A program made the position numbers and the translations under genes. The notes under the pieces are model-generated. The model did no database searches and had not been told where the DNA came from. It worked only from the letters and a program-made list of their open reading frames with translations. A stretch of 63,624 nucleotides of DNA, counting the filler, from Pelomyxa schiedti (Eukaryota; Protista; Evosea): the NCBI GenBank assembly GCA_020536535.1. It is 11 parts of 11 records of this genome, joined end to end, with 100 filler letters (N's around TTAATTAATTAA, not from the genome) between each part and the next. Parts side by side here need not be neighbours in the genome. Positions count along the whole stretch, not along the records: positions 7,376 to 33,174 come from JAHLWZ010001044.1; positions 33,275 to 40,485 come from JAHLWZ010001369.1; 9 more parts are not named here. The stretch is one strand, 5' to 3'. Shown here in pieces: positions 25,781 through 38,426 of the stretch (position 1 is the first letter of the stretch; each line of letters opens with the position of its first letter).

Positions 25781-26461
25781 ATGGTGTCTCGAGTGGTGAC
25801 TGTGTGTGGGATATCCACTGTCTCTTTCGTGTTCGTGTCTACAACACTGCTGTTCCTGTCCCTATCGACTTGTAACCACCAATTTCGTTTCCTAACCCCC
25901 CCTCACCCTATATTGCTCTGACACCCAATAACCCACACAGACGAGCCAACGAAGCACAGTACCACGGGTACTACTGGTACTACCACGCCCTCGCGACTGG
26001 GCAACACACCCGCTGTGGGGGTGGTTTTCCTACGTGCCGGTTCGTCTTCAGCGTCCGGTGCCACAACTGGGTTGTGCCCTGGTACGTGCAGTGACCCTAA
26101 TCCTGTTTGCTGCGAGTCCGAAATTTTGTCTGAGTATGTCACGACTCTCTCCGCATTCGTTACTGTGCACTGTCATTCACTTGTTTTTCCTCCCAATAAC
26201 GTTGGAACAAAAAGGTATTCCTGCTTCGAATCGAATGCTACATGCTGCACTTTATTGCCAACATTCAATTCCATACTTGCTTGCCCAAGGCAAGCACCAG
26301 TTTGTTGTGGATGGGGAGATGTTGTTGGGTGTTGCAGTGAATGCTGCTCCAAGACACCAGGGTGGTGCAATTCACAGTGTGCTGTTGCAGACCTCCCTCA
26401 TGCACCTACAGTCATTGTAGTTGTTTGTGCAGCACTAGTAGTTTTAATAGGCCTGTGCTAA
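25781..26461 (+). CDS. Cysteine-rich secreted/membrane protein
   Basis: Hydrophobic N-terminus MVSRVVTVCG..., Cys-rich CPxxxPVCC repeats, C-terminal hydrophobic segment. Confidence 0.55.
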
Positions 26462-26560
26462 TGAGGAGTGCCTTTTTTTTTAAGGCACTCCCTTTTGCTC
26501 TCCTGTACAAAAGAAGAATAAATCTGTTGCACTTCAAAAGCTTATGATACATGCACGCAC

Positions 26561-27831
26561 TTATTGAACTTTCTTGGTCAAAGTTCTCCTACCTTGGTCT
26601 GTAAAAATTCTCGGACAGCAGGAATTGTTGACAGAGAACTCAAGTGGGCTCTTTCTTGTGGTAGTTAGTAAGAGCTCTTGTGAGAATAAGTACCGGTTTT
26701 GACTAAAGAAGGCTTCCACATCGCATATAAGTGGTATTGAAATTGACTCCAAGGAACCTGTGGAAGGTGTTAGGTCAGGTTACACAAGTAGGGTAAACCT
26801 GGTGTTGTTCCCCTAAAGTAATCCAGTCAGAAATGCACTCTGTTGGTGTGACCGGGAAACCTTGGAAGAAAGCAGGATTACGCAATATACCATTGGCAGC
26901 CATGACGCCTGAGTAAAGTGAGGACAGAAAGAAAAAGAGCTGTGTACCAGCACACCCTGTGTGTCTAGAAACGTATTCAGCCTGCTCGCGTGTCCGAACA
27001 CCACCGTTTGCAATTACAGGGATGTGGACACTGGACCGTACCTATGGGTAATATATCACTTCTCCAAAAAAAAGTGTGTAGGAGGCAAAAGTAACCAGTT
27101 TGATGGTATCGTAATCACAGGGTTCACTATCTCGCTGATTCGCAGTCCTTCCGTGCAGCGTTATGAAGGACGCACCTGCATGCTCAATTTGTCTAGCTGT
27201 TTCAACAGTGGCACTAATAAACTTAAGAGAAAGAAAGCAGGCGCATTCTTACGATATGTCAGGATTTTTCCGCATTTTGACGCTTATAGGTAGCGATACT
27301 CTGCTCCTCGCGGCCGAAACCATTCTGCAAATGAGTTCAGGGTTCTTTCCCAGGGCAGAACCACAGCCTTCACGGATGACCCAGGACTGTGGACAGCCAC
27401 AATTCAAGTCAATTGCCTCACACTGTGATGCCACCAACTCTGCGGCATGTGAAAACTCAACTTCGTCGTGCGAGGCAAACTGTACAACCAGTGGGTGATC
27501 CTCTTGGTCTGTTTAAGAATCTCGGAGGAATAAATAGGCCACAAACGAGCATTAGTGGAAAAATCAGCATCGCGGGCTTGTTGGCTCCTCACGAATTCCT
27601 TTGCTACAAACATAGGAGTAAATGCCACGTCGCATCCCCACCTGTAAAGAATAGTCAAAAAGGTACCGCTCAAAAGGAGTACAACGAAGTGGAGAAGTAC
27701 TTTCTTGCTAACAGTCGAAACGGAAGCCTAGAATACCGCACCATTGGAGCCACCACTGGCACGACTTTGGTGGTGCATCCCAATAGATCAACAAGGGGCG
27801 TAGATCTCCCACCTTCCTCCACCGCCGCCAT
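26561..27831 (-). CDS. DUS4L: tRNA-dihydrouridine synthase 4-like
   Basis: APMVRYSRLPFRLL, AFTPMFVAKEF, IDLNCGCPQ, ISVKMR. Confidence 0.9.
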
Positions 27832-27838
27832 CACTACA

Positions 27839-29077
27839 ATGTCGGCCTTGCAAGTATCTGCCGATCAATTCCCGGAACCACTTCGGTGTGATGGCCCTCC
27901 TTTCGAAACATTAAGCCACAATGAAATGCAAGAGCCGGAGGAAATAGCTCGGTACGCATCGGAACAGCTGGTGATCGTAGAGGCAGCTATCACCGTATGA
28001 GGCCTTTTCTTCTTTTTTTTTTCTAATGTTGGAGGCTGACAGGCATGCGGACTGACTGAAGAACTGCTACGTGCACGTGAGGAGCTCATGGAGACGGCGA
28101 AGATGGCAGCGCAGCTATCTGCGTTGATCGTGGCGGGATCCCATAACCCGCAACCTCCCCATCGCGACGGCGGCTCCGCTGGGACTAAAAATGGTGGCAA
28201 CGAAGAGGAGCCGGGTGAGTGCGTGAATTTCGGTGACCGAGGAAGGGATAATGGGAGTGGTGATGTCGGATCCAATTCATCAGAGGTTATAGATCTGACT
28301 GGGGATACAGAGAATTTGTGTGAGGGTGGGAGTGTGTCGAACGACATGTTTGCAAAGGGCTTTGCAGAATTCACTGGATTGAAAAACGATGGGGATGACT
28401 GCCACCGCGCACCGTGTTGTTCAACGGTGGGGGTGAAGTTCATTTTTGGAAGTGTCTTGGATCCAGAGAGACCAGTTGCATGTTGTGTGAACAATGACTC
28501 ACGTGAGGGTGAAGGCGACTGTTATGACTCAAACTGGGCAACTGATGATGACAAATGTTGTACCGCCGAGAACTTTCCGCCTTTTGGTGAGAAAATCGCC
28601 ACTGAGGAGAGTGTATGTAAAAATAGTACCTCTTGCAAACAAACCTTTGCTGGATGGGAAAAATATACCCGCGGAGTAGGGTCTAAGCTAATGCTCAAAA
28701 TGGGATACATAATGGTAAGCAATACGATCTCTAAGTATTTATTTTGTAGCCATTTCAAACCTTTACTAACATGATTCAAGGGAACAGGATTGGGTGCATC
28801 ACAGAAAGGCCGCATCACCCCTGTACCAGTAACCATTGTGAGAAAGGAGAATGCTATGGTGGGCTTGGGGCACAAAAAGCGGGACCCTACTTCCCAGAAG
28901 CGCACACCAAAGAAGAAGAGCACACCTACTGACCCCACTGTCTTCCACCTTATGAACAGATTATTTGACACTGGCAGTACAGCCCAAAGACCAGGTGCAA
29001 CACAACCACCCACACCTCCTTATGAGTCTCCACACCCCAGACCCCCAGCAACTAAAAAAAGAAGAAGCTGGTTCTAG
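27839..29077 (+). CDS. G-patch domain protein (ZGPAT-like)
   Basis: [36 protein letters not shown]...GLG. Confidence 0.85.
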
Positions 29078-29152
29078 TTTAGTCCAGAGGACTTCAACAA
29101 GTTTTAGTTTGCCAGCTCTAGTTTTTTTTTGCATGGGATAAAACATACCAGA

Positions 29153-29972
29153 TTACAAGGCCAGGCCTGGTGTTGTGGGGGTGTTCAGGTCAAGCAACTT
29201 CTGTGACAGTTCTTCAAAGAGAGAGCTAACTCCGTCTCCAGTTTTGGAGCTTACTCTCACGACAAGTGTATGAAGATTCTTCTTTGGCGTGGATGACAGG
29301 AAATCAGTAACTATGGCAGGACTGATCCACGTGGGAGTTGTCCCTTCCAAGTCTATCTTGGTACCCACAATCACGATCACCTTGAAGTCCCATGCTTCAA
29401 CACAAGTGGTGTACCAATTCTTCATTGTATCAAAAGATTTCAGGTCAGTCGCATCATACACTAAGCCATATTCTAAGTTTGGTTACATAATAACAAATCG
29501 TACCCAGAACCGCCACATCATACTGCCGGTATGTAGTAGGTGTCAGTGCCCGATCCCTATCTGTTTACTTTCCTTTGTCGGCAGTCTTCACAAGAAAAAG
29601 AGGGGAATTCAACCTCTGCCACTCGTATCCCAGAGCTTATAAAGGTTAAGGCCCGGTAAGACAGTTATTTAATATGCACCTGGTACTTGACGACTCTATC
29701 TCCAACAGTGACGGTGTGTTGCAAAAACGAAGAGCTGAAATCAAATTAGCCCTGAATACAAATGGGCACACATTGCCTGTTTGGCAGGAAACAACTCACC
29801 ATACTGTAGACAAGTACTCCTCCATGAACTCTCCCTTCACCTTCTTTATTAACAAACAAGTCTTGCCACAAGCCTGTGAGCCCAACAACACAACTTTAGC
29901 ACCGGCAGTCAACCACCCACTCTCAACAGGTTTGGCACTGGGGACTGCTGGTGCACTACTTGTTGCTCCCAT
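29153..29972 (-). CDS. Atypical Rab-like small GTPase
   Basis: KVVLLGSQACGKT, LWDTSGR, VYDATD, VGTKID, VSSKTG. Confidence 0.88.
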
Positions 29973-30059
29973 GTAGTTGTTGCTTATCCAGCAACGGACG
30001 ACGGTTAGTTGTTTGGTTAAGGGAAGCAGAACAAAAAATGGTCTTTTGAAACAGCTCTA

Positions 30060-33000
30060 TCATTCTATCATGTCTAGCAGTTGATCGGCTCCTGGTTCGT
30101 CAGGAGCAGCGTGGGGTAGAGGTATTGTTGATAGGGTTCGGTCAACCTGTGGCGCTTCGAAGAACTGAAGGGCATTAAGATCACAACTCAAAGGGAAATT
30201 GAGTTACCGTCGAAGCTTCCGTGAGTGAGATGCTACTGTCCGCGGATTCTTCGTCACAGATCAGAGTTAAAGCTGTATTCTCCACAATAAGTTTCCAAAA
30301 TCTGACATGATTTAGGGTTTTCACTCCACAAAAAGAAGCGTTTACCCATCCCTCGTTTTCCCTTCATATCTTCTCCTTAGTTCCTTCAAGAAAGAATTGT
30401 ACGCCAAAGGTTCATCCTCCTGTAATTGCAATTAAATGGGGTATCCTAAAACTGGGTGAAATAAATACCATAACACAACCCTGCCGCAATGCTACAACAC
30501 AGGAAAGTGCCTTAGCATAGTAGGTATCCCGGATGGATTCTTCAACAAGCTGGGTTATTCGCCCTTTCAGTTGGGTGATAGCTTGGTAGAAGGTGAGTGC
30601 ATAAAAATGACACCAATACATACCTGTTTCAACAAAATCATCATCCCTGCGTTTTAGCATTTGCATAAAATCTCTAGCAGGATTTACAGATCCAACAGAG
30701 CCCACGGGTGCAGACACGAGTTTCTGGGTTTTAGGGGGAGAAAAAGGAGTATCAGGCTGAGAAGGGTGTGGCAGCTGGGCTTCTTTTATACCTCCAAAGA
30801 CATAGCACCTCCATTAAGATTTCCATAAAGGTTCCGTCTTCCATCAGCTGCACTGTTGTCGGTATCAGACCCCTTATTTGTGTAGGAATCAAGCTTAATA
30901 TCCAGAGAGGCATCATTGAGAGTGTTCCTCCAAAACTGTTTTTGCTCGCTTTTTACTGCCGCTTCGGATTTTTTCAAGGGAAAAGATTGTTCAAACTCTG
31001 CTATTGCTGGCTCTGCTGCATCAAATAAACTCTTGAGGGGAGTCCTGTTGCGATGCATGAGAATGGCGTATTTTACAAAGACGTCACACATCATCACAGA
31101 AGGGTCCAAATTTGGAAGAGGAAGGGTTGGTGTTAGTGCACGCTGTTGAACTGTTTGATAAAATCTTTGAAGAACTGGATTGAATGTTTGTTTAAGCTGT
31201 AGGGCTTCCCGTGCTTCACTATTTTTTGTTGGCAGGATCATTGACAGAAAATGAAAACCTACCCTTCCTGTTCCACTGACATTAAATCCAGAGAATGAAT
31301 TAGACTTGCAGCAGCCTTTAAGTGAATCTAAATATTTGTGAGTTTGGAACTAATTACATAATAAAAGCACCTGTGAAGGGAGAATAGTTTTCCTCGTTGA
31401 AGGATTTGACGGACTCAATGGTGGGAATTGATGCTGGCGTAGGCTTTCTGCAAACGGCAAGTATTGCACATAGAAATATTCAACATCGTGCTTGATTTCT
31501 TATCAGTAGGTTATCACCATTCACAAGCAGAGAAGTAGGTGCACACTGGGAATGCAGCAAGCCAATTTTGGGAAGGAGCGCTTTGTCTTCACATATCTCA
31601 CAATGGCAACTTTTGCTGTTTCTTCAAGAGCGTGAATAAGGGCAGAAAGCGCAACAGCTGAATTATTATCGTCTGGCCATGCTACAAGAATTTCAGTTGA
31701 TGAGCAGTAGTGAAATCCTAAAAAGTCGTTTTCAGCATTTTGAGAGCAAAACATGTCTTACGAGGAACAGATTCTCTATCAGCAAAACCAATAACGCATA
31801 TTCGCCGGTCTTCCGGCTTTAACCGGAGAGCCTCTTCATCAATTTTGGAAAAGGGAACCTGGTTCCCTAGTTAACATGGAGAAATATCAAAAAGCTCCCA
31901 CCAAAGTTTTTCCGTACTTGTAACCCTTGACCACTTCTTCGTTGGATACTTCTGTATCAGGGTCTTGTATTGACTGGATAATTCTTTCCTGTCTAACGGC
32001 CATCCCACTAGGTTTGGCAGCTGTGGGAATTGATTACTTCTTTCGATTAGTTACACGTACCAGACATGGCAACTGACGATACTTTCGTGAGAGTGGGAAA
32101 GGCCTGTTTGGTGGTCTTCACAAAAGTCCACACCTGATGGATACGGTTAGTCAAATCGGCGATTGGGTTGAGTGCACACAGGCGAGTCACCGCACCGGTA
32201 TATTGAGCAAAGAACTGATTTCCATGTTTCCACGGAATGTGGAGCGCTGTAACACTCCCCTGGATCGAAGTTGTGCCATAAGTTCCAGTGCCTCAGTTAC
32301 TGGAAATACAGCTCCATTTACTTTTTGCGCTATTTCATGGAGGAGAATCTCATTTGCTCGCTATTGTCGATGACGGCGAAGGTAAGAGTCGTTGTTAAAT
32401 AAGAATGGAAAAAGTACTTTGTCCTCGGAAATTTCCCTTTGAGATGGATGGTCAACGTCTTCATCAAAATCTATGCCACTAGAAGTAACATTACTTAATT
32501 AGGATACGTACTGGCAAGAAGAGTTCATACATAATGTTCAGTCTAATTTCCATTGAATTAAGTCTTTCAAGGATGACATCTAAGTTGTCTTGGAGGACAG
32601 GACACCCGCCGTCAGTGATGAGGAATATCCTTTTTTTGTATTTCTTTTTCATGGTTTTCCTAGCTATCATATCCATGCCAACAACAAGTGCATCAATAAC
32701 TGAAACAGTTATCATAGTCAGAGTAACGTACTTTACTATAAATAACAATAAAAAGTAGTGAACCAACAATCAGCAGGACATCCCCCAATATCAGTGGTGA
32801 GAGTCGATATTCTTTTCAACAGCGATAAGGTAGGACCCATCAACTCAGATATGACAGTGATGTGCTGGTACTGTCCTTCCCCTGCCAGCACGTTGTCTGT
32901 CTCCTTTGTTCCAAACAATGCAACACCCAATTCATCACTCTTCACAAACAGCAACTGCAACAAGGTCCAATGAGTATACTGAATCATAAGCCAGAAAGCA

Positions 33001-33174
33001 TCATGTACCTTCTGCTGCAAAAGTAACACTACAGCGGTTATAGCATCCCTGAACGACTTTCGTGCGCACATCGTAGTCCCAACATCCAGCAACACAACAA
33101 GCGCTTCCTTTTTGTGGAGTGAAAACCCTAAATCATGTCAGATTTTGGAAACTTATTGTGGAGAATACAGCTTT
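30060..33174 (-). CDS. XRCC5: Ku80 (XRCC5), many exons, 5' end at spacer
   Basis: vWA start EALVVLLDVG, FNPVLQRFYQ, VGSVNPARDF, C-terminal DQLLDMIE (DNA-PKcs-binding-type motif). Confidence 0.92.
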
Positions 33175-33274
33175 NNNNNNNNNNNNNNNNNNNNNNNNNN
33201 NNNNNNNNNNNNNNNNNNTTAATTAATTAANNNNNNNNNNNNNNNNNNNNNNNNNNNNNNNNNNNNNNNNNNNN

Positions 33275-33690
33275 GGAGACCCACAGGCCCCTGTACTTAC
33301 TTCATGTGTCAATGGCAAGCTACCTGGCACCACCGGTTGTTGTGTGACAACACATCTGTCAGTGATGGGTGAGGATGCACTCAAACTAGAGATCAGTGGC
33401 ATTGCCCCACAATTGCATTGCCCCACCGCCTCCCCCATCCTATCACAACCACGCACTGTTGTTGTGGAGCTCACCATCACTGGGGACCTCTCACCATTGC
33501 ACACCGCAACTGGGGAGCTCCCAATGTTGACCACGATTGCCGCGGACCTCACATTGTTGACTGCCGTCATCGTGGGACCCCCACTGTTGACCACCGCAGA
33601 AGGGCTTGGGTCGTTTGTCGTCGTTGCGTTACCGCTGCTCGCGGAGTTGACACTGGTCACCGGCACACCACCATCTGTCAACATTGCCAT
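33275..33690 (-). CDS. Low-complexity hypothetical protein, N-terminal fragment
   Basis: ORF MAMLTDGG... running into spacer. Confidence 0.4.
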
Positions 33691-33779
33691 GCAAGTTTTT
33701 TTGGTTTTAATACACACCTTCGGCTGCACAGAAGAAAGTTCCGCCTCAAACGAAAGGAAACAAAGTGGGTAAAGCAAAA

Positions 33780-33854
33780 CGTTTAAAAGGGATTCAAAAG
33801 CGATTCAAAAGCGATTCAAAACGGATTCTAAAGCGTTTAAAAGACTTTAAAAGC
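33780..33854. repeat. Degenerate ~11-bp tandem repeat (GATTCAAAAGC)
   Basis: gattcaaaagc gattcaaaagc gattcaaaacg gattctaaagc gtttaaaaga. Confidence 0.8.
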
Positions 33855-34261
33855 TTATCACGGGTGCGTGGGTCCAAGTTCGAAGTGGACCGAGGTTTTC
33901 CCTACTATAAGTCAAGATATTTTAAAAGTGGCACAAGAGTGAAGAAAAACTCCATTAAAAGAAGGAAGAGTGAGAGAAGAAAAGAAAAAGAGAAAGACAC
34001 CAACCCTCTTCGATAATTCATGAAAGACCGAAATCCTGTTGTGTAATTGTGGGTTCGCAGCGAAGGCCAGCTATAATCAAAAATAACGGAGTTGGAACGT
34101 ACTATTATTTTGATTTGTGAATCAGGACTATTCCCATAATCAGAATGTTGTCAATCTATGATGTCATTGTAGGGTGCGGAGAAAGGGAGGGGTGATAAAC
34201 AACCTTTAAGTCCCTTTGTGAACAAGTGTTAGTAAGTCATATATGCCACCAACTCTCTATA

Positions 34262-35482
34262 TCAACTTACTGATGCATGAACTCCAAAGCATTCGTAATG
34301 GAGGTCGCCTTGTGCACCCAAGAACATGAACGTCGTAGCTTTTCCAAAAAAAAAAAAAAAAGGAGTGAGGAGGGGAAGAGAAGCAGTGCGTGTACTGTGT
34401 GTGCCATGCGTGTTCCAATTTGCCAGCAGCAAGTTACCAAGATGTTGCTCCCGATGCTGGCTATTTCGTTGCAAGACGAGCTTCCACGTGGTGGGGTCCC
34501 GCAGCTCCCACGTTGCTTCTGCTGAAAGTATCTGCGTCGTAGTCACCTCCTCGTCTGGTGATACTGCCACCTCGCTGTGCAGGCGGGGAATTCAACACAC
34601 GCGCACGCACAATCCGCATTCCGCAATGATAAGCAACAAGTAAGTGAACGGTGTCGGTTGAGTGACGAATTCTAGCTTGAGAATGTAAAGAGAGCGGCGA
34701 ACAGACCTGTGGCATTTCAACAAGGCGCAGCCAGGAGCGTAAACTGTCACAGTTGCGTGCACGGGTCCCACGAACGGGTATGCCAAAACAAAATCACAGG
34801 CGGCATTGGATCCAATCGTCAGCGAGCAGAATTTCCTCACGGTTACCACGGTCCGCTCCCTGTTCATGGCGGCGCAGCTGTGCCCCTCGCAGATGGCCAC
34901 GCACCCCCACACACCAGCCCGCGCACGAGGGAACGCCAGCGGCGCGTATGTAGCAGCTTCGGCCGGGCGAGAAGGCGCCGCCGAGGCCGAGGCCGAGGTT
35001 GTGGTTGTGGCTGAGGAGGAGGGGGCTGTTGCGGTGGTGCACTGGCAGAGCCGCGCACTACAACGCGGAGACACCGAAAGCGACGACGACGGGTGGGGCC
35101 GTGACGATAACGCGGCGCGCGAGATTCCCACGGCGAGCTGATAAACGACCCCCGCACCTGCGGCAACGAAGAACAAGACGAGGAGGAGGTAAATCGTAGT
35201 CGCGAAACTACGATGAAAGTGACAGGGTGCATTCTCAAAGGCGATTTCCTTTCCTGTAAGCGACATTCGGGCGAAATTAAACGAAGGTTGTGAGCGGATG
35301 GGGAACATTTTGCCGTGGCGCAGCACGAAGACGAGGCCGGCAGCTACGGCAGCGGGGGTGCCAGCTGCGCCACCCGCCGCCGCGAGCACGAGTTCGACCA
35401 CACCGAGCACGAGGCCGCCGACGGCAACGGGGGTGCCGGCTGCGCCACCGGCAGCCGCGAGCGTGACCGTGAGCGTCGCCAT
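34262..35482 (-). CDS. Hypothetical protein with arrestin-N-like start and FHA-like segment
   Basis: GGLVLGVVEL; LTIGSNAACDFVLAYPFVGPVHATV resembles an FHA core. Confidence 0.45.
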
Positions 35483-37874
35483 GCCCGTCGAATCTGCTCC
35501 TGGTTCGATTATCGTGTCGCCGTCGCCCCTGGGAATCCAGTCCCTCGACTGCGATGCCGCCTTGCTGTTGACTTCGCCTTCAAAGGTGGTTGTTTTTTTT
35601 TTTTTGTCTTTAATTTCAAAATGTACCGACTTTTTCCTTGTCATTTGTTTGACTCAGGGAGGCAGTCCAATATCACAAGACGTTAACCCTCTCAGAGACC
35701 ACCCAAAAATAGATTTTTTGGGACCATGGGCCATTCTTGAGAATGTCAACGGAGCCGTTGATTTCACCATAACAGGTTTTTCCCACCTCTCTTACTGTTG
35801 TGAAGTACTATATCTCTAACACTTCACGCAGAGTCCTCACAAACTATCAGGGATCAAAATGGAACCATACTTTTTGATATTACAAGACAATCTGTGAATG
35901 GCCTCCCTTATCAGGGCAAATTCAACGCCTGCCGCGCACTACTTACGTAAGTAAAACACCCCTCCCCTTTCTCCCTGAGCTTGGAATAACAATTCGTTTT
36001 TTTTTTTTTTTCCCAATAGCTGCCGTTTAAACTTTTCAAACCTTTGTGTTGGTAACACAGAAGTTGCTATGGGTAAAAGTGTACCCTTAAACCACGGAAA
36101 CCTGATCCAAGTGCAAAAAACTGGTAGTGCCCCTACTCCAACCCCAAATAATCCTTTGCCACTCTTATATTCCTCTTGTTTTACTACGTTTATGATAACA
36201 CCAATGTAAACAGGCCAGCAGTTGTGCAGGTTCATTTTCACAAAGCCCATTAACAAAGAAGGTGTCTTTGAGCTCTGTAAGGGTGATCCAGTGCGTTACA
36301 CAGTCTGCTGGAATCAAGGACCAATTGCCCGGTATGTGGTTGCTGCACTGCCATCCATAAATTGGGATAACAATAATAATAAAAATAATAATAATAAAAA
36401 TAAAAATAATAATAATAATAATAATAATAATATATTCGTTAGACTCACGCTTTGCTCAAGTGGAGAAATAAGTGAGGTATGGCCAACTTTGGACAGCAAA
36501 GGAAACTCCTTGGCAACAAAAGTATAAAGTTTTTTTTTTTTTTGCAACTCCTTCATTGTACTTCGTAGTGTAGTAACTTCAAAGAAAAAAACAAAAAACA
36601 CAAAGGTCATATCACTTCCGAGATATTCAAATTACCTCCTGCGTCACACAAAAGAGCACACTAATGATTCCACTGCACAACTACAAGAGAATTTTGCATT
36701 GGAACATTTTACAAGAGAGTCAGATGTACTCACCAAGTACAAAATGAAACAAAAAAAACCAAAAAAAAAAAAAAAAAGGGTAGCTCGAAAAAACGCTAAT
36801 GCCCTTTGCAGACTCAGAGACTGTCGGACAATACCTCAGATCACTGCTTCTTTCCAGCCACACAATGATGCAGCCCACTATCTAGTAATGGAGAGGTACC
36901 CAAAAGAACCCCACCCACAAACCTGCACCCAATCTCAGTTTGATGATGACACACAGAGTTCCTGGAAACACACTGCAATCTTTGGTGGCTGGGAAGTTTC
37001 AGTTCACTGAAACTCAGATGGCCAAAATAATCTGGGATATCCTTGTGGCACTGTCGCATCTGAAGCAATTCTCATTTTGTCATAGAAATATTCACGTCAG
37101 TAGTACCCGTCTATCGTTCTTCATCACTCACATTTTTTCTATTCTTCCTTCTCAAGCCATCGAACGTAATTGTTCACGGCCTTCCTGATTGTCCAGGAGC
37201 GCACCTGGTTGGCTTTAGTCACACCGTCGAATTTCAAGAGGCTGATGAAGAAGCAGTTCCCTGTGGTACAGAAGGTTTCACGGCACCAGAACTCAGGCCC
37301 GAGTTAAAAGATAGCTTGGAACGAGTGTACGCCAAGACTGGTGAACAGTTGTCAAAGAAGAAAAGTGACGTGTGGAGTGTAGGAGCTCTTCTGTTATTCA
37401 TGTGTGCAAAATTTTTCCCCCATTGATATCAAAAACCAATTACAACATATGCAAAAAGGATAACTGGTGCACCTCCAGCGTATGCCACTCCGCCAGCAGC
37501 GAATCTCTCTGTTTCCGCCGAATGTTAGTTACTCTTTCCCCACTATTTTCACCACTTACCCCCTAAATATTGCTCAACATCTAGGTGCACAACTCCTGCA
37601 GGAAATGTTGTTTCTCGATCCAAAGGATAGGATTGGAGTGACCACAGCAATGGGGAGTTCATGGCTACGCGATGTATACAACGAAGAAGATATGGAAATC
37701 CCACTGAGGAAAAGGAGGAGGCACCCGAGCTCGGAAACCAGCCGACGGGTTGTGCCGCCACAGGCTCAAATTCCAAGAACCAACAGTTACATTGTCAAAC
37801 CACCAACCCCAGTCACTCAAGGTACCCCGACTTACCCCCCATCCACATCCACATCCACATCCACCAATGACTGA
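35481..37874 (+). CDS. Protein kinase-fold protein, probable pseudokinase, multi-exon
   Basis: YLVME, LSHLKQFSFCHRNIH-PSN, CGTEGFTAPE, KSDVWSVG, DPKDRIG. Confidence 0.85.
36372..36431. repeat. (AAT)n microsatellite, probably intronic
   Basis: About 20 imperfect AAT units between a GTATGT donor and a TTAG acceptor. Confidence 0.85.
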
Positions 37875-38046
37875 CCAGGCAAGGCCAAACAAAATAAATA
37901 ATAAATGACAAAATTTGGTGAATGCAACCCCAAAAAACGGAACTCTGGATTTTCTTTCATCGCAATGTGAGTCCCAAATTTTGATTACAAGCGACATCAA
38001 ATTCCGATAAAAGTCAGTTCCAGTCTTGACTGTGATTGGTCACCGG

Positions 38047-38339
38047 CAGGGTTGTTATTTCAAGTAAGTACTTGGCAAGTATCGTTTGAAATTTCGTTGC
38101 CAAGTCTCAACAAGTACTTGCTTATCTGTTAGAGGGTTGTTTTCGTTGAGGTTTCCCCTAAATCCAGGTGAAAATAGCCCTTGTGTGGCACTCACCAGCT
38201 GAGTCGGATTGTTTCCCAAATAAAGGAGTCACAAAGCTCATTTTTTTGTGAAGGCACACTACTTGTTTATTGGCCCAAGTACTTGTTTATCTGGGTTTTA
38301 CTAAACAAGCACCATCAAGTAACTTGAATAACAACCCTG
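38047..38339. mobile_element. Non-autonomous hAT-type MITE (293 bp)
   Basis: TIRs CAGGGTTGTTATT / AATAACAACCCTG; 8-bp TSD GTCACCGG at 38039-38046 and 38340-38347. Confidence 0.9.
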
Positions 38340-38426
38340 GTCACCGGGTTGGGTGGGACCCCACAGAGCAAAAAGGAAAAACACAAAAACTGTTGGGGGG
38401 CCCGGAAACCCTAGACCGATGCCGAC

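Noticed and set aside
29735-29800. Possible micro-exon or stop read-through in the Rab gene
   Set aside because: A single canonical GTGAGT...CAG intron restores the frame
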